A stretch of 64,000 nt of DNA from Haliea sp. (lineage in GTDB: Bacteria; Pseudomonadota; Gammaproteobacteria; Pseudomonadales; Halieaceae), in contig NZNC01000011.1 of NCBI GenBank assembly GCA_002692965.1, positions 39,330-103,329 of the forward strand. Direction: 5' to 3'. The translations under genes and the position numbers were made by a program. The notes under the pieces are model-generated. The model worked only from the letters and a program-made list of their open reading frames with translations. It was not told the DNA's origin and did not search any database. Of the stretch, positions 8,036-17,424 are shown one piece after another. The stretch's first letter is position 1. The number at the start of each line of letters is the position of its first letter.

Positions 8036-10642
8036 TCAGGCCGCTCCCAGCTGCCCCTGGACCCACTCGGGCACCGCCTGCAATACGGGGGGCAATGCCG
8101 CCACGTCACTGCCGCCACCCTGTGCCATATCCGGGCGGCCGCCGCCTTTTCCGCCGAGGCGTCCGGCGAATTCGCGCATCAGATCACCGGCCTTGAGCTG
8201 GCCGGTGAGATCCTTGCTGACGCCCGCCACCAGGGCCACCTTGTCGCCGTCGACAGCCGATAACAGCACCACGGCAGAGCCGAGCTTGTTCTTGCACTGG
8301 TCGAGGGTATCGCGCAGGGATTTGGCATCGGCCCCGTCGACATTGGCCGCCAGCACTTTCACCCCGGCCACCTCGACCGCCTGCGACGTCAGGTCACCGC
8401 CGGCGGAAGTTGCCAGCTTCTGCTTGAGGCGGGCGACTTCCTTCTCCAGTTCGCGCGCCTCGCTGCGCAGCGCCGCAACCCGGTCAACCACCTTGTCGCG
8501 GCCACTCTTGACCACCTCGCACACGGCATCCAGGCGCGCATTCAATTCAGCCACCGCCGCCAGGGCGCCCTCCCCGGTCACTGCCTCGATCCGGCGCACC
8601 CCGGAGGCAACCCCGGATTCGGCGACGATACGGAACAGGCCGATATCACCGGTGCGATCGACGTGGGTACCGCCGCACAGTTCGACGGAATAGTCCGCCT
8701 CCCCCATGGCCAGGACCCGCACCTCGTCGCCGTATTTCTCACCGAACAGCGCCATGGCACCGGCCGCCAGGGCCTCCTCCATGGACATCAGGCGCGTGCT
8801 CACCGGGGTGTTGGCACGAATCTGGGCATTCACCTGGCGCTCGATCTCTGCCAGCTCATCGGCGCTGACCGGCTGGCTGTGCGAGAAGTCGAAGCGCAGG
8901 CGCTGGGAGTCCACCAGGGAGCCTTTCTGGGTGACATGCTCACCCAACACGCGGCGCAGGGCGGCGTGCATCAGGTGGGTGGCGGAGTGGTTGAGGCGGG
9001 TGCGCTGGCGGACACCGCCATCTACCTCGCACTGCAGGACATCGCCCAGCTTGAGACTGCCGCCGAGCACGCGCACATGGTGCAGGTGCTGGCTGGCGGC
9101 CTTGGTGGTGTCGGTGACTTCCAGCTCCACACCATCGGCGCGCAGGTAACCGGTATCCCCCACCTGGCCGCCGGACTCGGCATAGAACGGCGTGCGGTCG
9201 AGAACCACGACCCCGGACTCGTCCGCGGCGAGGCACTCGACTTCAGCACCGTCGCGCAGCAGTGCCGTCACCCTGCCCTGGCCGGCGAGCGCGTCGTAGC
9301 CGGTAAACTCGGTACTGCCCTCGAGGCGCAGCACGTTGCTGTAGTCGACCTTGAAGCTGCCGCTCTCCTGAGAGCGGCTGCGCTGCTCTGCCATGGCCGC
9401 CTCGTAGCCGTCCATGTCCAGGGTCAGGCCGCGCTCGCGGGCGATGTCGTTGGTCAGGTCGGTGGGGAAGCCGTAGGTGTCGTAGAGGCGAAAGACTACC
9501 TCCCCGGGGATCACCGTGCCCTCCAGCCCCTCCAGTGCCTCGTTGAGAATCTGCAGGCCATTGTCCAGGGTGCGGGCGAACTGCTCCTCCTCGCTGAGCA
9601 GTGCCTGTTCCACACGTTCGCGGGCCTCCGCCAGCTCGGGATAGGCCGCGCCCATCTGCTCGACCAGCGGCCCCACCAGACGGTGGAAGAAGGCTTCCCG
9701 GGCGCCCAGCTTGTTGCCGTGGCGCACGGCCCGGCGAATGATGCGCCGCAGCACATAGCCGCGGCCCTCGTTCCCGGGCAGGACACCATCGCTTATCAGG
9801 AAAGCGCAGGAGCGGATATGGTCGGCGATCACCCGCAGGGAATTGTGGCTGAGGTCCTCGACGCCGAGCAGGCCGGCCGCGGCGCGGATCAGGGCCTGGA
9901 ACAGGTCGATCTCGTAGTTGCTGTGTACCCCCTGCATGACCGCGGCGATACGCTCGAGGCCCATGCCGGTGTCCACCGAGGGCTTGGGCAGGGGGTGCAG
10001 TTCGCCGCTGCCGTCGCGGTTGAACTGCATGAACACCAGGTTCCAGATCTCGATATAGCGGTCGAGGTCGTCATCTTCACTGCCGGGCGGGCCCCCGGGC
10101 ACGTCGGCACCGTGGTCGTAGAAGATCTCGGAGCAGGGTCCGCAGGGGCCGGTGTCGCCCATCTGCCAGAAGTTGTCTTCATCGAGGCGGGAGATGCGCT
10201 CTTTCGGGAAACCGATCTCCTCGACCCAGATCTTTTCCGCCTCGTCATCGGAGACGTGGCAGGTCACCCACAGGCGCTCCTTGGGCAGCTTGAGCTCCAC
10301 GGTCAGGAACTCCCAGGCGAAGCGGATGGCGTCGCGCTTGAAGTAGTCGCCGAAGCTGAAATTGCCCAGCATCTCGAAGAAGGTGTGATGACGAGCGGTG
10401 TAGCCGACGTTCTCCAGGTCGTTGTGCTTGCCGCCGGCGCGCACACAGCGCTGGCTGGAAGCCGCACGCGTATAGGGACGCGGGTCGGTGCCGAGGAAGG
10501 TGTCCTTGAACTGGTTCATGCCGGCGTTGGTAAACAGCAACGTCGGGTCGTTGGCGGGCACCAGTGAGCTGCTCGGTACCCGGGTGTGTCCCTGGGACTC
10601 AAAATAGGCCAGGAAGGCCTCGCGAATATCGCCTGTCTTCAT
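8036..10642 (-). CDS. alaS: Alanine--tRNA ligase
   Basis: 868-aa ORF. The N-terminus [29 protein letters not shown] and the HSATHLMH editing and second-domain motifs are present. The alaS-csrA-tRNA-Ser synteny is conserved. Confidence 0.97.
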   Translation of the reverse strand: MKTGDIREAFLAYFESQGHTRVPSSSLVPANDPTLLFTNAGMNQFKDTFLGTDPRPYTRAASSQRCVRAGGKHNDLENVGYTARHHTFFEMLGNFSFGDYFKRDAIRFAWEFLTVELKLPKERLWVTCHVSDDEAEKIWVEEIGFPKERISRLDEDNFWQMGDTGPCGPCSEIFYDHGADVPGGPPGSEDDDLDRYIEIWNLVFMQFNRDGSGELHPLPKPSVDTGMGLERIAAVMQGVHSNYEIDLFQALIRAAAGLLGVEDLSHNSLRVIADHIRSCAFLISDGVLPGNEGRGYVLRRIIRRAVRHGNKLGAREAFFHRLVGPLVEQMGAAYPELAEARERVEQALLSEEEQFARTLDNGLQILNEALEGLEGTVIPGEVVFRLYDTYGFPTDLTNDIARERGLTLDMDGYEAAMAEQRSRSQESGSFKVDYSNVLRLEGSTEFTGYDALAGQGRVTALLRDGAEVECLAADESGVVVLDRTPFYAESGGQVGDTGYLRADGVELEVTDTTKAASQHLHHVRVLGGSLKLGDVLQCEVDGGVRQRTRLNHSATHLMHAALRRVLGEHVTQKGSLVDSQRLRFDFSHSQPVSADELAEIERQVNAQIRANTPVSTRLMSMEEALAAGAMALFGEKYGDEVRVLAMGEADYSVELCGGTHVDRTGDIGLFRIVAESGVASGVRRIEAVTGEGALAAVAELNARLDAVCEVVKSGRDKVVDRVAALRSEARELEKEVARLKQKLATSAGGDLTSQAVEVAGVKVLAANVDGADAKSLRDTLDQCKNKLGSAVVLLSAVDGDKVALVAGVSKDLTGQLKAGDLMREFAGRLGGKGGGRPDMAQGGGSDVAALPPVLQAVPEWVQGQLGAA

Positions 10643-10992
10643 CGGAATCCTGCCATCTGTCCTTCACTGAAACCGCGACCCGCGAGAATGTGCAGGTGCA
10701 GGTGGAACACGGTCTGACCCGCGCCTTCGCCATTGTTGACGATCAGGCGGAAGGCATCCGCGACGCCGAGCTGCTCGGCCACCTTTCCCGCCGCCAGCAT
10801 CAGATGCCCCAGCAGGTCGCGATCGTCATCTGCGGCATCCACCAGGCGGGGAATCGCCTTGCGGGGGATCACCAGCACATGCACCGGGGCCTGCGGGTTG
10901 ATGTCATTGATGGCTACGCAGTGCTCGTCTTCATAGATGAACTCCGACGGGATCTCCCCCGCCAGAATCTTGCCGAAAATGGTCTCGGACAT
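10639..10992 (-). CDS. HIT-family (HinT-like) nucleotide hydrolase
   Basis: This is the internal ATG ([15 protein letters not shown]) of ORF 10639..11205. The histidine triad HLHLHIL is present. There is a 4-nt ATGA overlap with the alaS start. Confidence 0.85.
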   Translation of the reverse strand: MSETIFGKILAGEIPSEFIYEDEHCVAINDINPQAPVHVLVIPRKAIPRLVDAADDDRDLLGHLMLAAGKVAEQLGVADAFRLIVNNGEGAGQTVFHLHLHILAGRGFSEGQMAGFR

Positions 10993-10997
10993 GGCAA

Positions 10998-11183
10998 CTA
11001 CCCCAGTTTTTCGTCGGCGGTGAGCTGGCGCGCCTCGCTTTCCAGCATCACCGGAATACCATCCCGTACCGGATAAGCCAGGCCACTGGCCTTGCAGACC
11101 AGCTCCTGTTTTTCCCGGTCGTACTCCAGCGGTGCCTTGGTCACCGGGCAAACCAGGATGCCAAGCAGCTTGTCGTCGATCAT
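10998..11183 (-). CDS. Trm112/YcaR (UPF0434) family small protein
   Basis: 61-aa ORF: [47 protein letters not shown]. Confidence 0.85.
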   Translation of the reverse strand: MIDDKLLGILVCPVTKAPLEYDREKQELVCKASGLAYPVRDGIPVMLESEARQLTADEKLG

Positions 11184-11303
11184 TGCAGCCTCCGGAACGG
11201 GCCAAAGGGCGCGATTATACGGCCTTTGCGATGCTTTTACAGCGAATCACGGCACGGGCCCGGCGGGTGGCTCGAGCCGGTAGCGCCGCGGCCGGGCCTC
11301 GCG

Positions 11304-12143
11304 TCAGTCTGACGCCATCGGCGGCACCAGGAACTGGGGATCAATGCGCTCGCTGCGCCAGCTCATGCGCCAGTCCAGGTGCGGGCCCGTGGCGCGCCCA
11401 GTGGCACCGACTTCACCGATGACCTGGCCAGCTTTCACCTCATCCCCCACCGCCACGCTGACCTTGCTCAGGTGCAGAAAAGACGAGGACAGGCGGTAAC
11501 CGTGATCGAGGATGATCGTGCCGCCGGAGTAGAACAGATCGGGCTCGGCCAGGGTGACCACCCCCGGTGAGGGCGCTCGCACGGCCGTGCCGGTGGGCAC
11601 GGCGACATCCACGCCGTAATGGGGATTGCCGGGGGAGCCATTGTAGATGCGCTGGCTGCCATAGACCCCGGAGATGGGGCCTTCCACCGGCCACTGGAAG
11701 CCTGCCAGGGCCGCCGCCAGCAGGTCCGGCCGCGTCAGATAACGGGCCTTGGCGGCAGTCACCAGCTTGCGCTCCCGGGCAATCCTCTCGAGCACCTCGG
11801 GTGGCGGTGTCACGGTCTGCTGGGGCACGCCGTCGACCCGCTGGATACGGTACTCCCGGGGCGCGATGGCGAGGGTTTCCCGACAGGCACTATCGCCGCG
11901 CAACACCACCTCGGCAGTCGTCGCGGCATCCCTCCCGAAACCGGCGAAGACCGTCCCGTCCTCCAGCACATCCAGGGGCTCGCCATCCATCAGGACCTGA
12001 GTGCCGGGCGCCACCTGCGCCCACACCAGCCCGCCCTGCTGCAACTGGCCCTGCCACTCGATACAGGCTGCAGCGGGCCCAATGCCGCAAGCCCAGAGCA
12101 AGGCCGACCAGACCGCTATCCGCCACCGTCTACCTGTTGACAT
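11304..12143 (-). CDS. M23-family murein endopeptidase (secreted)
   Basis: 279-aa ORF with a signal-like N-terminus. M23 motifs HYGVDVAVPTGTAV and GPHLDW are present. Confidence 0.85.
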   Translation of the reverse strand: MSTGRRWRIAVWSALLWACGIGPAAACIEWQGQLQQGGLVWAQVAPGTQVLMDGEPLDVLEDGTVFAGFGRDAATTAEVVLRGDSACRETLAIAPREYRIQRVDGVPQQTVTPPPEVLERIARERKLVTAAKARYLTRPDLLAAALAGFQWPVEGPISGVYGSQRIYNGSPGNPHYGVDVAVPTGTAVRAPSPGVVTLAEPDLFYSGGTIILDHGYRLSSSFLHLSKVSVAVGDEVKAGQVIGEVGATGRATGPHLDWRMSWRSERIDPQFLVPPMASD

Positions 12144-12254
12144 AAGAACCCTCCATGAAGATCAGCCGCAACCGCCCCGCTGGCAAGGCCTCGCGACAAG
12201 CGGCCGTTACGAAGTGATTGAGCTGCTTGCAAACCAGGCCCTAGAATACACGGC

Positions 12255-12782
12255 ATGAGCAGATACCGACCACCTCGCCGACGCGGCTCGGCCTACATCA
12301 CCCCCGAGGGCGAGGCAGTCCTGCGCCGGGAACTCCACCAGCTGTGGAAAGTCGAGCGGCCACAGGTCACCCAGGCGGTGCACGAAGCCGCCAAGAATGG
12401 CGACCGCTCGGAAAATGGCGACTATATCTACGGCAAACGCCGCCTGCGGGAAATTGACTCACGGGTGCGCTTCCTCAGCAAGCGTCTGGAGGAGCTCAAG
12501 GTGGTCGACCGCATACCGGACGATACCGACAAGGTCTACTTCGGTGCCTGGGTCACCCTGGAGGACGAGGACGGCGGCGAGCGCCGCTGGCGGATTGTCG
12601 GCCCGGACGAGTTCGACCTCGCCCGGGGCCTGATCAGCGTGGATTCACCCGTGGCGCGGGCCCTGCTGGGCAAGCGCCTGGATGACGAGATCCAGGTGCG
12701 CAGCCCCCAGGGGGAGCAGCGCTACTGGATTGCGGAGATCCGCTACAGCGGCCCCTTAGAAGAACCACTCCACGCCGACTGA
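12255..12782 (+). CDS. greB: Transcription elongation factor GreB
   Basis: 175-aa ORF. The sequences ITPEGEAVLRRELHQLW, ENGDYIYGKRRLREIDSRVRFL and ISVDSPVARALLGK are GreA/GreB family, and the basic N-terminus is typical of GreB. Confidence 0.85.
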   Translation: MSRYRPPRRRGSAYITPEGEAVLRRELHQLWKVERPQVTQAVHEAAKNGDRSENGDYIYGKRRLREIDSRVRFLSKRLEELKVVDRIPDDTDKVYFGAWVTLEDEDGGERRWRIVGPDEFDLARGLISVDSPVARALLGKRLDDEIQVRSPQGEQRYWIAEIRYSGPLEEPLHAD

Positions 12783-14879
12783 GGCAGTGCGCGGCTTGTT
12801 CGGGCGGGCACCGTCCGGCACCCGGGACACGATTGCCTGTTCGTCGAAGAGATTTTCCACCCGGGCATAGACCGTGGTGGCCTCGTTCAGGGCGTAGCGG
12901 CTGATGACGTCCACCACCCACAGGTCCTCGCTGCGATCAAAGCGGTCGCCGTCATTGTTGCAGCCGACACTCATGCACATCTCGTCAACGTACTTGACCA
13001 CCGCGTAGTTGTTCCAGCCGTAGCCGGTTTCGATGCCAGCGCGCAGACTGAACACATGCTCGGGGATGTCAGCCAGCTCGTCGCCATCAGCAAAGCCCAG
13101 GGCCTGCGAGTCCTCGCTGATGCTGGCGTCGGTCCAGGTGTAGCTCAGGTCCAGCGGCATGGCCAGCCCCCCGCGCTCCATCACCGTACCCAGCTGGAAC
13201 TCCAGACCCTGGATAACCGCTTCACCCGTCACCAATGAGCCGGAAGTGGCGCCATTGCTGCAGGGGTTGGCGTTGGAACAGTTTTCCGCCTTGTTCTCGA
13301 AATCGCTGTAGAAGCCCACCGCTTCGGCATACCAGTCACCCTGGTAGCGCACGCCCGCCTCCCAGTTGGTGCTGGTCTCGGGATCCTCGTTGTCCTGGCC
13401 ACCGCCCTCGAGGGGCGAGAAGCCGCGATGCACACCGGCCAGGAGCTGCCAGCTCGGGGTGACGTCATAGGTCATGGAGATACCCGGCAGCCACTCGCGG
13501 CTGTCACTGCTGCGGCGGGAAGGATCCACCAGGCGCTCGCTGTCCGCCCACTGCCGGCGGTTGGACTCCACGTCCTCGTAGCGCAGGGCCAGGTTGAGGG
13601 TCATCACCTCGTTGACCTGCCAGGTATCCAGCGCCCAGAAAGCCAGGGCCTCGGAATCCTCGAAACGGTTGTCGCTGCCGGTGGGGGCGACAGTTTCCAC
13701 GTACACCAGTTCGCCATTGACCTGGTCGTACACGTCGACCGGCTGGTAGCGATCCATCTCGTCTTCATGATAGCGCGTGCCCAGGGCCAGCTGGTGGGAG
13801 CCCATTTCGATGTCCAGGTTCAGTTCCAGGCCAGTGGACTCGTACTCCCGGTTGTTGTTCTTGTAACCCAGGCCGGCAACATCCACCGTGCCATCGAGGA
13901 TGCCCTGGGCCTCGGCATCGCCGGCATTGGCGGCGGCGATAAAGGCACCGCCACCACCCAGTTTGAACCAGTTGCGGGCGAACTCGTTGTGATAGGCCGT
14001 TGCGGTAAATTGCGTGGATTCGTTCAGGGCCAGGCGGTAAGTGAGGTTGTAACCGGTGTGGTCGTTGTCCATCTCGTCGATGCTGGACAGGCCGTAGCGG
14101 CGATTCTCGTCACGCGCGAAGTCGGCATCGGTCAGGCCCAGGTAGGTCTCGTCGGAGACTTCCTCGGAGTACTGGGCCTTGAACAGCAGCGCCTGGGTGT
14201 CGGTTTCCCAGGCCAGCTTCACGACATAGTCACTGATGTCGTAACCGCTGTCGCGACGGCTGCGATCAATCTCCTTGTAACCGTCACTGCGGCGCTGGGC
14301 GGTTTCCACCAGGAAGCCGAAGTTGCCCGAGCGAGCACCGTAGTTCGCCAGCAGGTCCATCTCGCCGTCTTCGCCGCCACGCAGGTTGAGGTAGCCTGCG
14401 GATTGCTCGGGAATCGGCGTGGACACCAGATTGATTACGCCGCCGGTGGTCTGCGGGCCATAGCGCAGCAGAGGCGCGCCCTTCAGCACTTCCACGGCGT
14501 GCATGCGGGCCATGGTGGGGAAGTAGTACGCGGCGGGCGCGGTGTAGGGCGCCGGCGCGATCGGCACGCCGTCTTCCATCAGGGTGACCTTGGAGGCCCG
14601 CTCCGAGGTGGCGCCGCGGATGCCGATATTCGGACGCAGGCCGTAGCCATCCTCTTCCCGGATGTAGATGCCGGGGACCGTCTTCAACAGCTGGTTGATG
14701 TCCGTCGCTGCCTCAATCCGGATCTGCTCGTTATCCACCAGGGCGGCTGTTCCCGGCAGCTCCCGCACGGCCTCACGGTCAGCGAAGATGGTGATCTCCT
14801 CCAGCAGACTATCCTGGGCCAGAACCTGACCAGCTGGCAGGGCAGCTGCCACGGCCAGGGCAAGTACGCACTTCTTCAT
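12756..14879 (-). CDS. TonB-dependent outer-membrane receptor
   Basis: ORF track 12756..14891. I prefer ATG 14879 (MKKCVLALAV), which has a GAGGGAA RBS. A signal peptide, a plug domain and the C-terminal ASVGVEWFF terminal aromatic are present. Confidence 0.9.
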   Translation of the reverse strand: MKKCVLALAVAAALPAGQVLAQDSLLEEITIFADREAVRELPGTAALVDNEQIRIEAATDINQLLKTVPGIYIREEDGYGLRPNIGIRGATSERASKVTLMEDGVPIAPAPYTAPAAYYFPTMARMHAVEVLKGAPLLRYGPQTTGGVINLVSTPIPEQSAGYLNLRGGEDGEMDLLANYGARSGNFGFLVETAQRRSDGYKEIDRSRRDSGYDISDYVVKLAWETDTQALLFKAQYSEEVSDETYLGLTDADFARDENRRYGLSSIDEMDNDHTGYNLTYRLALNESTQFTATAYHNEFARNWFKLGGGGAFIAAANAGDAEAQGILDGTVDVAGLGYKNNNREYESTGLELNLDIEMGSHQLALGTRYHEDEMDRYQPVDVYDQVNGELVYVETVAPTGSDNRFEDSEALAFWALDTWQVNEVMTLNLALRYEDVESNRRQWADSERLVDPSRRSSDSREWLPGISMTYDVTPSWQLLAGVHRGFSPLEGGGQDNEDPETSTNWEAGVRYQGDWYAEAVGFYSDFENKAENCSNANPCSNGATSGSLVTGEAVIQGLEFQLGTVMERGGLAMPLDLSYTWTDASISEDSQALGFADGDELADIPEHVFSLRAGIETGYGWNNYAVVKYVDEMCMSVGCNNDGDRFDRSEDLWVVDVISRYALNEATTVYARVENLFDEQAIVSRVPDGARPNKPRTASVGVEWFF

Positions 14880-14925
14880 CGGTTCCCTCACAACGGTAAA
14901 TTGGGTTGCAGGGGCGAACTATAGT

Positions 14926-14944
14926 GACAATTATTCGCATTTAC
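14926..14944 (-). promoter_or_regulatory. AT-rich Fur-box-like segment upstream of the TonB-dependent receptor
   Basis: GACAATTATTCGCATTTAC matches about 12 of 19 positions of GATAATGATAATCATTATC, counted by eye. It lies about 50 nt upstream of the start codon. Confidence 0.25.
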
Positions 14945-15014
14945 AATTCTTAACAAAACAGCACCCCGCCGATGTGACACATTCACACCGCGGCGAGGTT
15001 TCGCGCCTGTGGAT

Positions 15015-15042
15015 CAGGCCCGCCGGCAATGCGGCGGGCCTG
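15015..15042 (-). terminator. GC-rich hairpin (10-bp perfect stem CAGGCCCGCC / GGCGGGCCTG) just downstream of the lipoprotein gene
   Basis: Read directly. It lies 16 nt after stop codon 15058. There is no clear U-tract. Confidence 0.4.
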
Positions 15043-15057
15043 GGAAGCGGCTAGGGG

Positions 15058-17226
15058 CTAGCCGCCGGGATGATAACCATCCGTGGTACAGGCCAGCGAG
15101 GGATCGCAGGTATCCAGGAAGCGCCCCTCCCCTGCCGGCCGCAGGAAGGCGGACTTCTGCGCCTGCGCCGCCGGTTCCTTGCGCGGCAAGCTGTGCGGGT
15201 CCTCGCCAAAGTCGGGCTCAAACGGCGGGGTATTGGTAATGGGCGGCGGCGCCGTGCCGCCGTCCTCGGCGCCCCCTCCCACCGGGCCGTCATCCCAGAT
15301 GGTCAGGACCGAGCCGGTAAACTCCCCGGCCGGAACCGGTTCCAGCCCGACGTAGGGCTCGCTGTCGGGGTGGCGCCCGGGTTCGGTGCCCGGGACCCGC
15401 AATTTGGCCCCGATGCTGCGCGCCATGAATTCCGCCGCCCACATGCTCACTTGGTGATCCCCATAGGCGACCTGCAACAACACGGCATGTGCGGGGGTAT
15501 TGGGCAGCGGGTCGCGTTCGATATGGGTGACATAGCCGCTCGACTCCGCCCGATCCCAGAGCATCTGCGCGAAAGACAGCAGAAAGCTCTGGTCCTTGAT
15601 ACCGGGATAACCGCCGCCATTTTCCCCGGCGCCACTGCCGCTGAAAAAGGGCTTGAAGGCTTCGAAATCGACACTGCGCCGCAACAGGAAACTGTAGGAC
15701 ATGCCCGGCACGCCCAGCACCCCGCGGGTCACGTCCTGTATCACCCCCATCAGGGCACCGCCGAGGATACCCCCCTGGCTGTTGCCGTCGTAGAAGACAT
15801 GCCGGTTGTCGAACACCGGCTCTCCGCCGGCCTGGAAGGCGGGATCAGCGGCAAAGCCCTGTTCGTGCTTGAGCAGGCGCGCCAGGAACATGAAATTCAA
15901 CAGACCCTGCTGCTGGCGATCAAAGAAGGCGGGCATCAGGCTGAAGTCCTGCAGCACCTGCACGGCGAAGCCCACATCCTCCCCCGCAAAGCCGGCCCAA
16001 TCCGTAGCGCAGAACATCATCTGGTGGGTATCGGCCATGATGTCGACATTCTGACCCGTGCCGCCCCGCACCTCCCGGGCACTGCCCAGTAGCCCGTGTC
16101 CGTAGAGCGAGGGGCGTGCCACGACCTTGGGCGGCTGACTGAAATCCTCCGCCACCGAGCGCGGTATGCGGCAAATAAAATTCGCCTCGAAGTTACTGTC
16201 GGGGGCAAAGCGGTCCGGCAGGCCATCATCCGGCTCCGCATAATGAAAGCGCGAGCCCGGAACGCCATCGGCCGAGTCCAGGAAGTTGGGCACCGCGAAA
16301 GTGCCCGCCACCTCCCGGGCAATCTGCTCGTCCTCGCCCTCCTGGCAACCGTCCTCCCCGCAGGGGGCAAAATCCGTCTGACTGCTGATGCTCCAGGCGG
16401 GAGCGCCGCCGCCCAGCAGGCTGAAGGCCTGGTCGCGGATATGCAGGATGCGCTCAGTGATATTGCGTGCACTGGCCACGGTAAAGTCCCAGGCCAGGTA
16501 CAGCTCATCGCGTTCGATACCGGCCGCGGTCAATTCGGCGAACAGCGATTCCATCGCCGGACGACGGGCCTCTATGGCCTCGTTGTCGGTCAGTGTATTG
16601 TCACGGAAGGCGCGGAAGACCGGTGGCGCTTCCAGCAGGTTGCCCTCGGCGTCGCGCAGGTTGCGCAGCACCACGATGTAGCGCTCGCCGCGTTCAAACT
16701 GGACCATGGGCCGGATAATGAAAGTCTGCTCAGCGGGATCGTCGGTATTGGCATCCAGCTCCCCGAACACCAGGTGTGGCTCGCCAGTACGTGCGTGAAT
16801 CACCATGACCGGCGAATCGGGCGCCAGGGATTGCGACAGATCGGTCAGCGGCGGGACATTCGTTTGCACCAGGTCCAGACCCGGCACCTGGGTCAGAATC
16901 ATCTGCGAGGGCGAGAAGCCGTCGTTGCGGTTCCACTCCGCAGGGTCGACCCGCACCCCCTGGCGGTTGGCGGGCAGCGAGGCCCGCGCCAGGTTGACGC
17001 GACGCCCGGAAGCCGTCTCGACATCTTCCACCGTGAGCGCATCACTGGGCCAGGGGAAGAGACAGTTCTCGCCGTCGAGGATTTCGCAGCGCTCGGGATT
17101 GGGGGTATCGATGCTGATGCGCTCAGGGGGCAGGGGCACTTCGGGACTGCCGCGGTCGCTGGAACTGTCGGAACAGGCGGCCAGCACCGGCAGGATCGCC
17201 AGGGCGGCAAGAGGCCACAGACGCAT
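15058..17226 (-). CDS. Secreted lipoprotein of unknown function, possible alpha/beta-hydrolase (GNSQGG nucleophile-elbow-like motif), about 722 aa
   Basis: ORF track 15058..17322. I prefer ATG 17226, which has a GGAG RBS. The lipobox reads [18 protein letters not shown]. The motif [12 protein letters not shown] fits GxSxG. Confidence 0.6.
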   Translation of the reverse strand: MRLWPLAALAILPVLAACSDSSSDRGSPEVPLPPERISIDTPNPERCEILDGENCLFPWPSDALTVEDVETASGRRVNLARASLPANRQGVRVDPAEWNRNDGFSPSQMILTQVPGLDLVQTNVPPLTDLSQSLAPDSPVMVIHARTGEPHLVFGELDANTDDPAEQTFIIRPMVQFERGERYIVVLRNLRDAEGNLLEAPPVFRAFRDNTLTDNEAIEARRPAMESLFAELTAAGIERDELYLAWDFTVASARNITERILHIRDQAFSLLGGGAPAWSISSQTDFAPCGEDGCQEGEDEQIAREVAGTFAVPNFLDSADGVPGSRFHYAEPDDGLPDRFAPDSNFEANFICRIPRSVAEDFSQPPKVVARPSLYGHGLLGSAREVRGGTGQNVDIMADTHQMMFCATDWAGFAGEDVGFAVQVLQDFSLMPAFFDRQQQGLLNFMFLARLLKHEQGFAADPAFQAGGEPVFDNRHVFYDGNSQGGILGGALMGVIQDVTRGVLGVPGMSYSFLLRRSVDFEAFKPFFSGSGAGENGGGYPGIKDQSFLLSFAQMLWDRAESSGYVTHIERDPLPNTPAHAVLLQVAYGDHQVSMWAAEFMARSIGAKLRVPGTEPGRHPDSEPYVGLEPVPAGEFTGSVLTIWDDGPVGGGAEDGGTAPPPITNTPPFEPDFGEDPHSLPRKEPAAQAQKSAFLRPAGEGRFLDTCDPSLACTTDGYHPGG

Positions 17227-17424
17227 GGGAAACTCCTTGTGTTTATTATTGAGTCGCCTGAAAGAGTAGCGGGCGCATGGCAGGCGTGCAAACCGGGCGT
17301 GCGCCCGAGCCAACCCGGTCACATTATGAGCAGAAGACCGGCTTTATTGAACGCCCGGGGGGCGGCTGCTAACATCGCGCCTGCGCGAGAAGTCCCCCTG
17401 AACAGCTATCCCCCCGGAGCCCCC

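Noticed and set aside
16096-17424. N-terminal 443-aa extension of the gcvP ORF (1408 aa in the track).
   Set aside because: The extension is antisense to the lipoprotein gene and has no GcvP similarity. The canonical GcvP N-terminus begins at ATG 17425.
17227-17424. Possible glycine riboswitch upstream of gcvP.
   Set aside because: I looked for the conserved GGAGAG...ACCGAAGGGGCAA cores and did not find them. There is only a generic GC hairpin (GGGCGCA...TGCGCCC, 17281-17316) and a GGCGTGC direct repeat.
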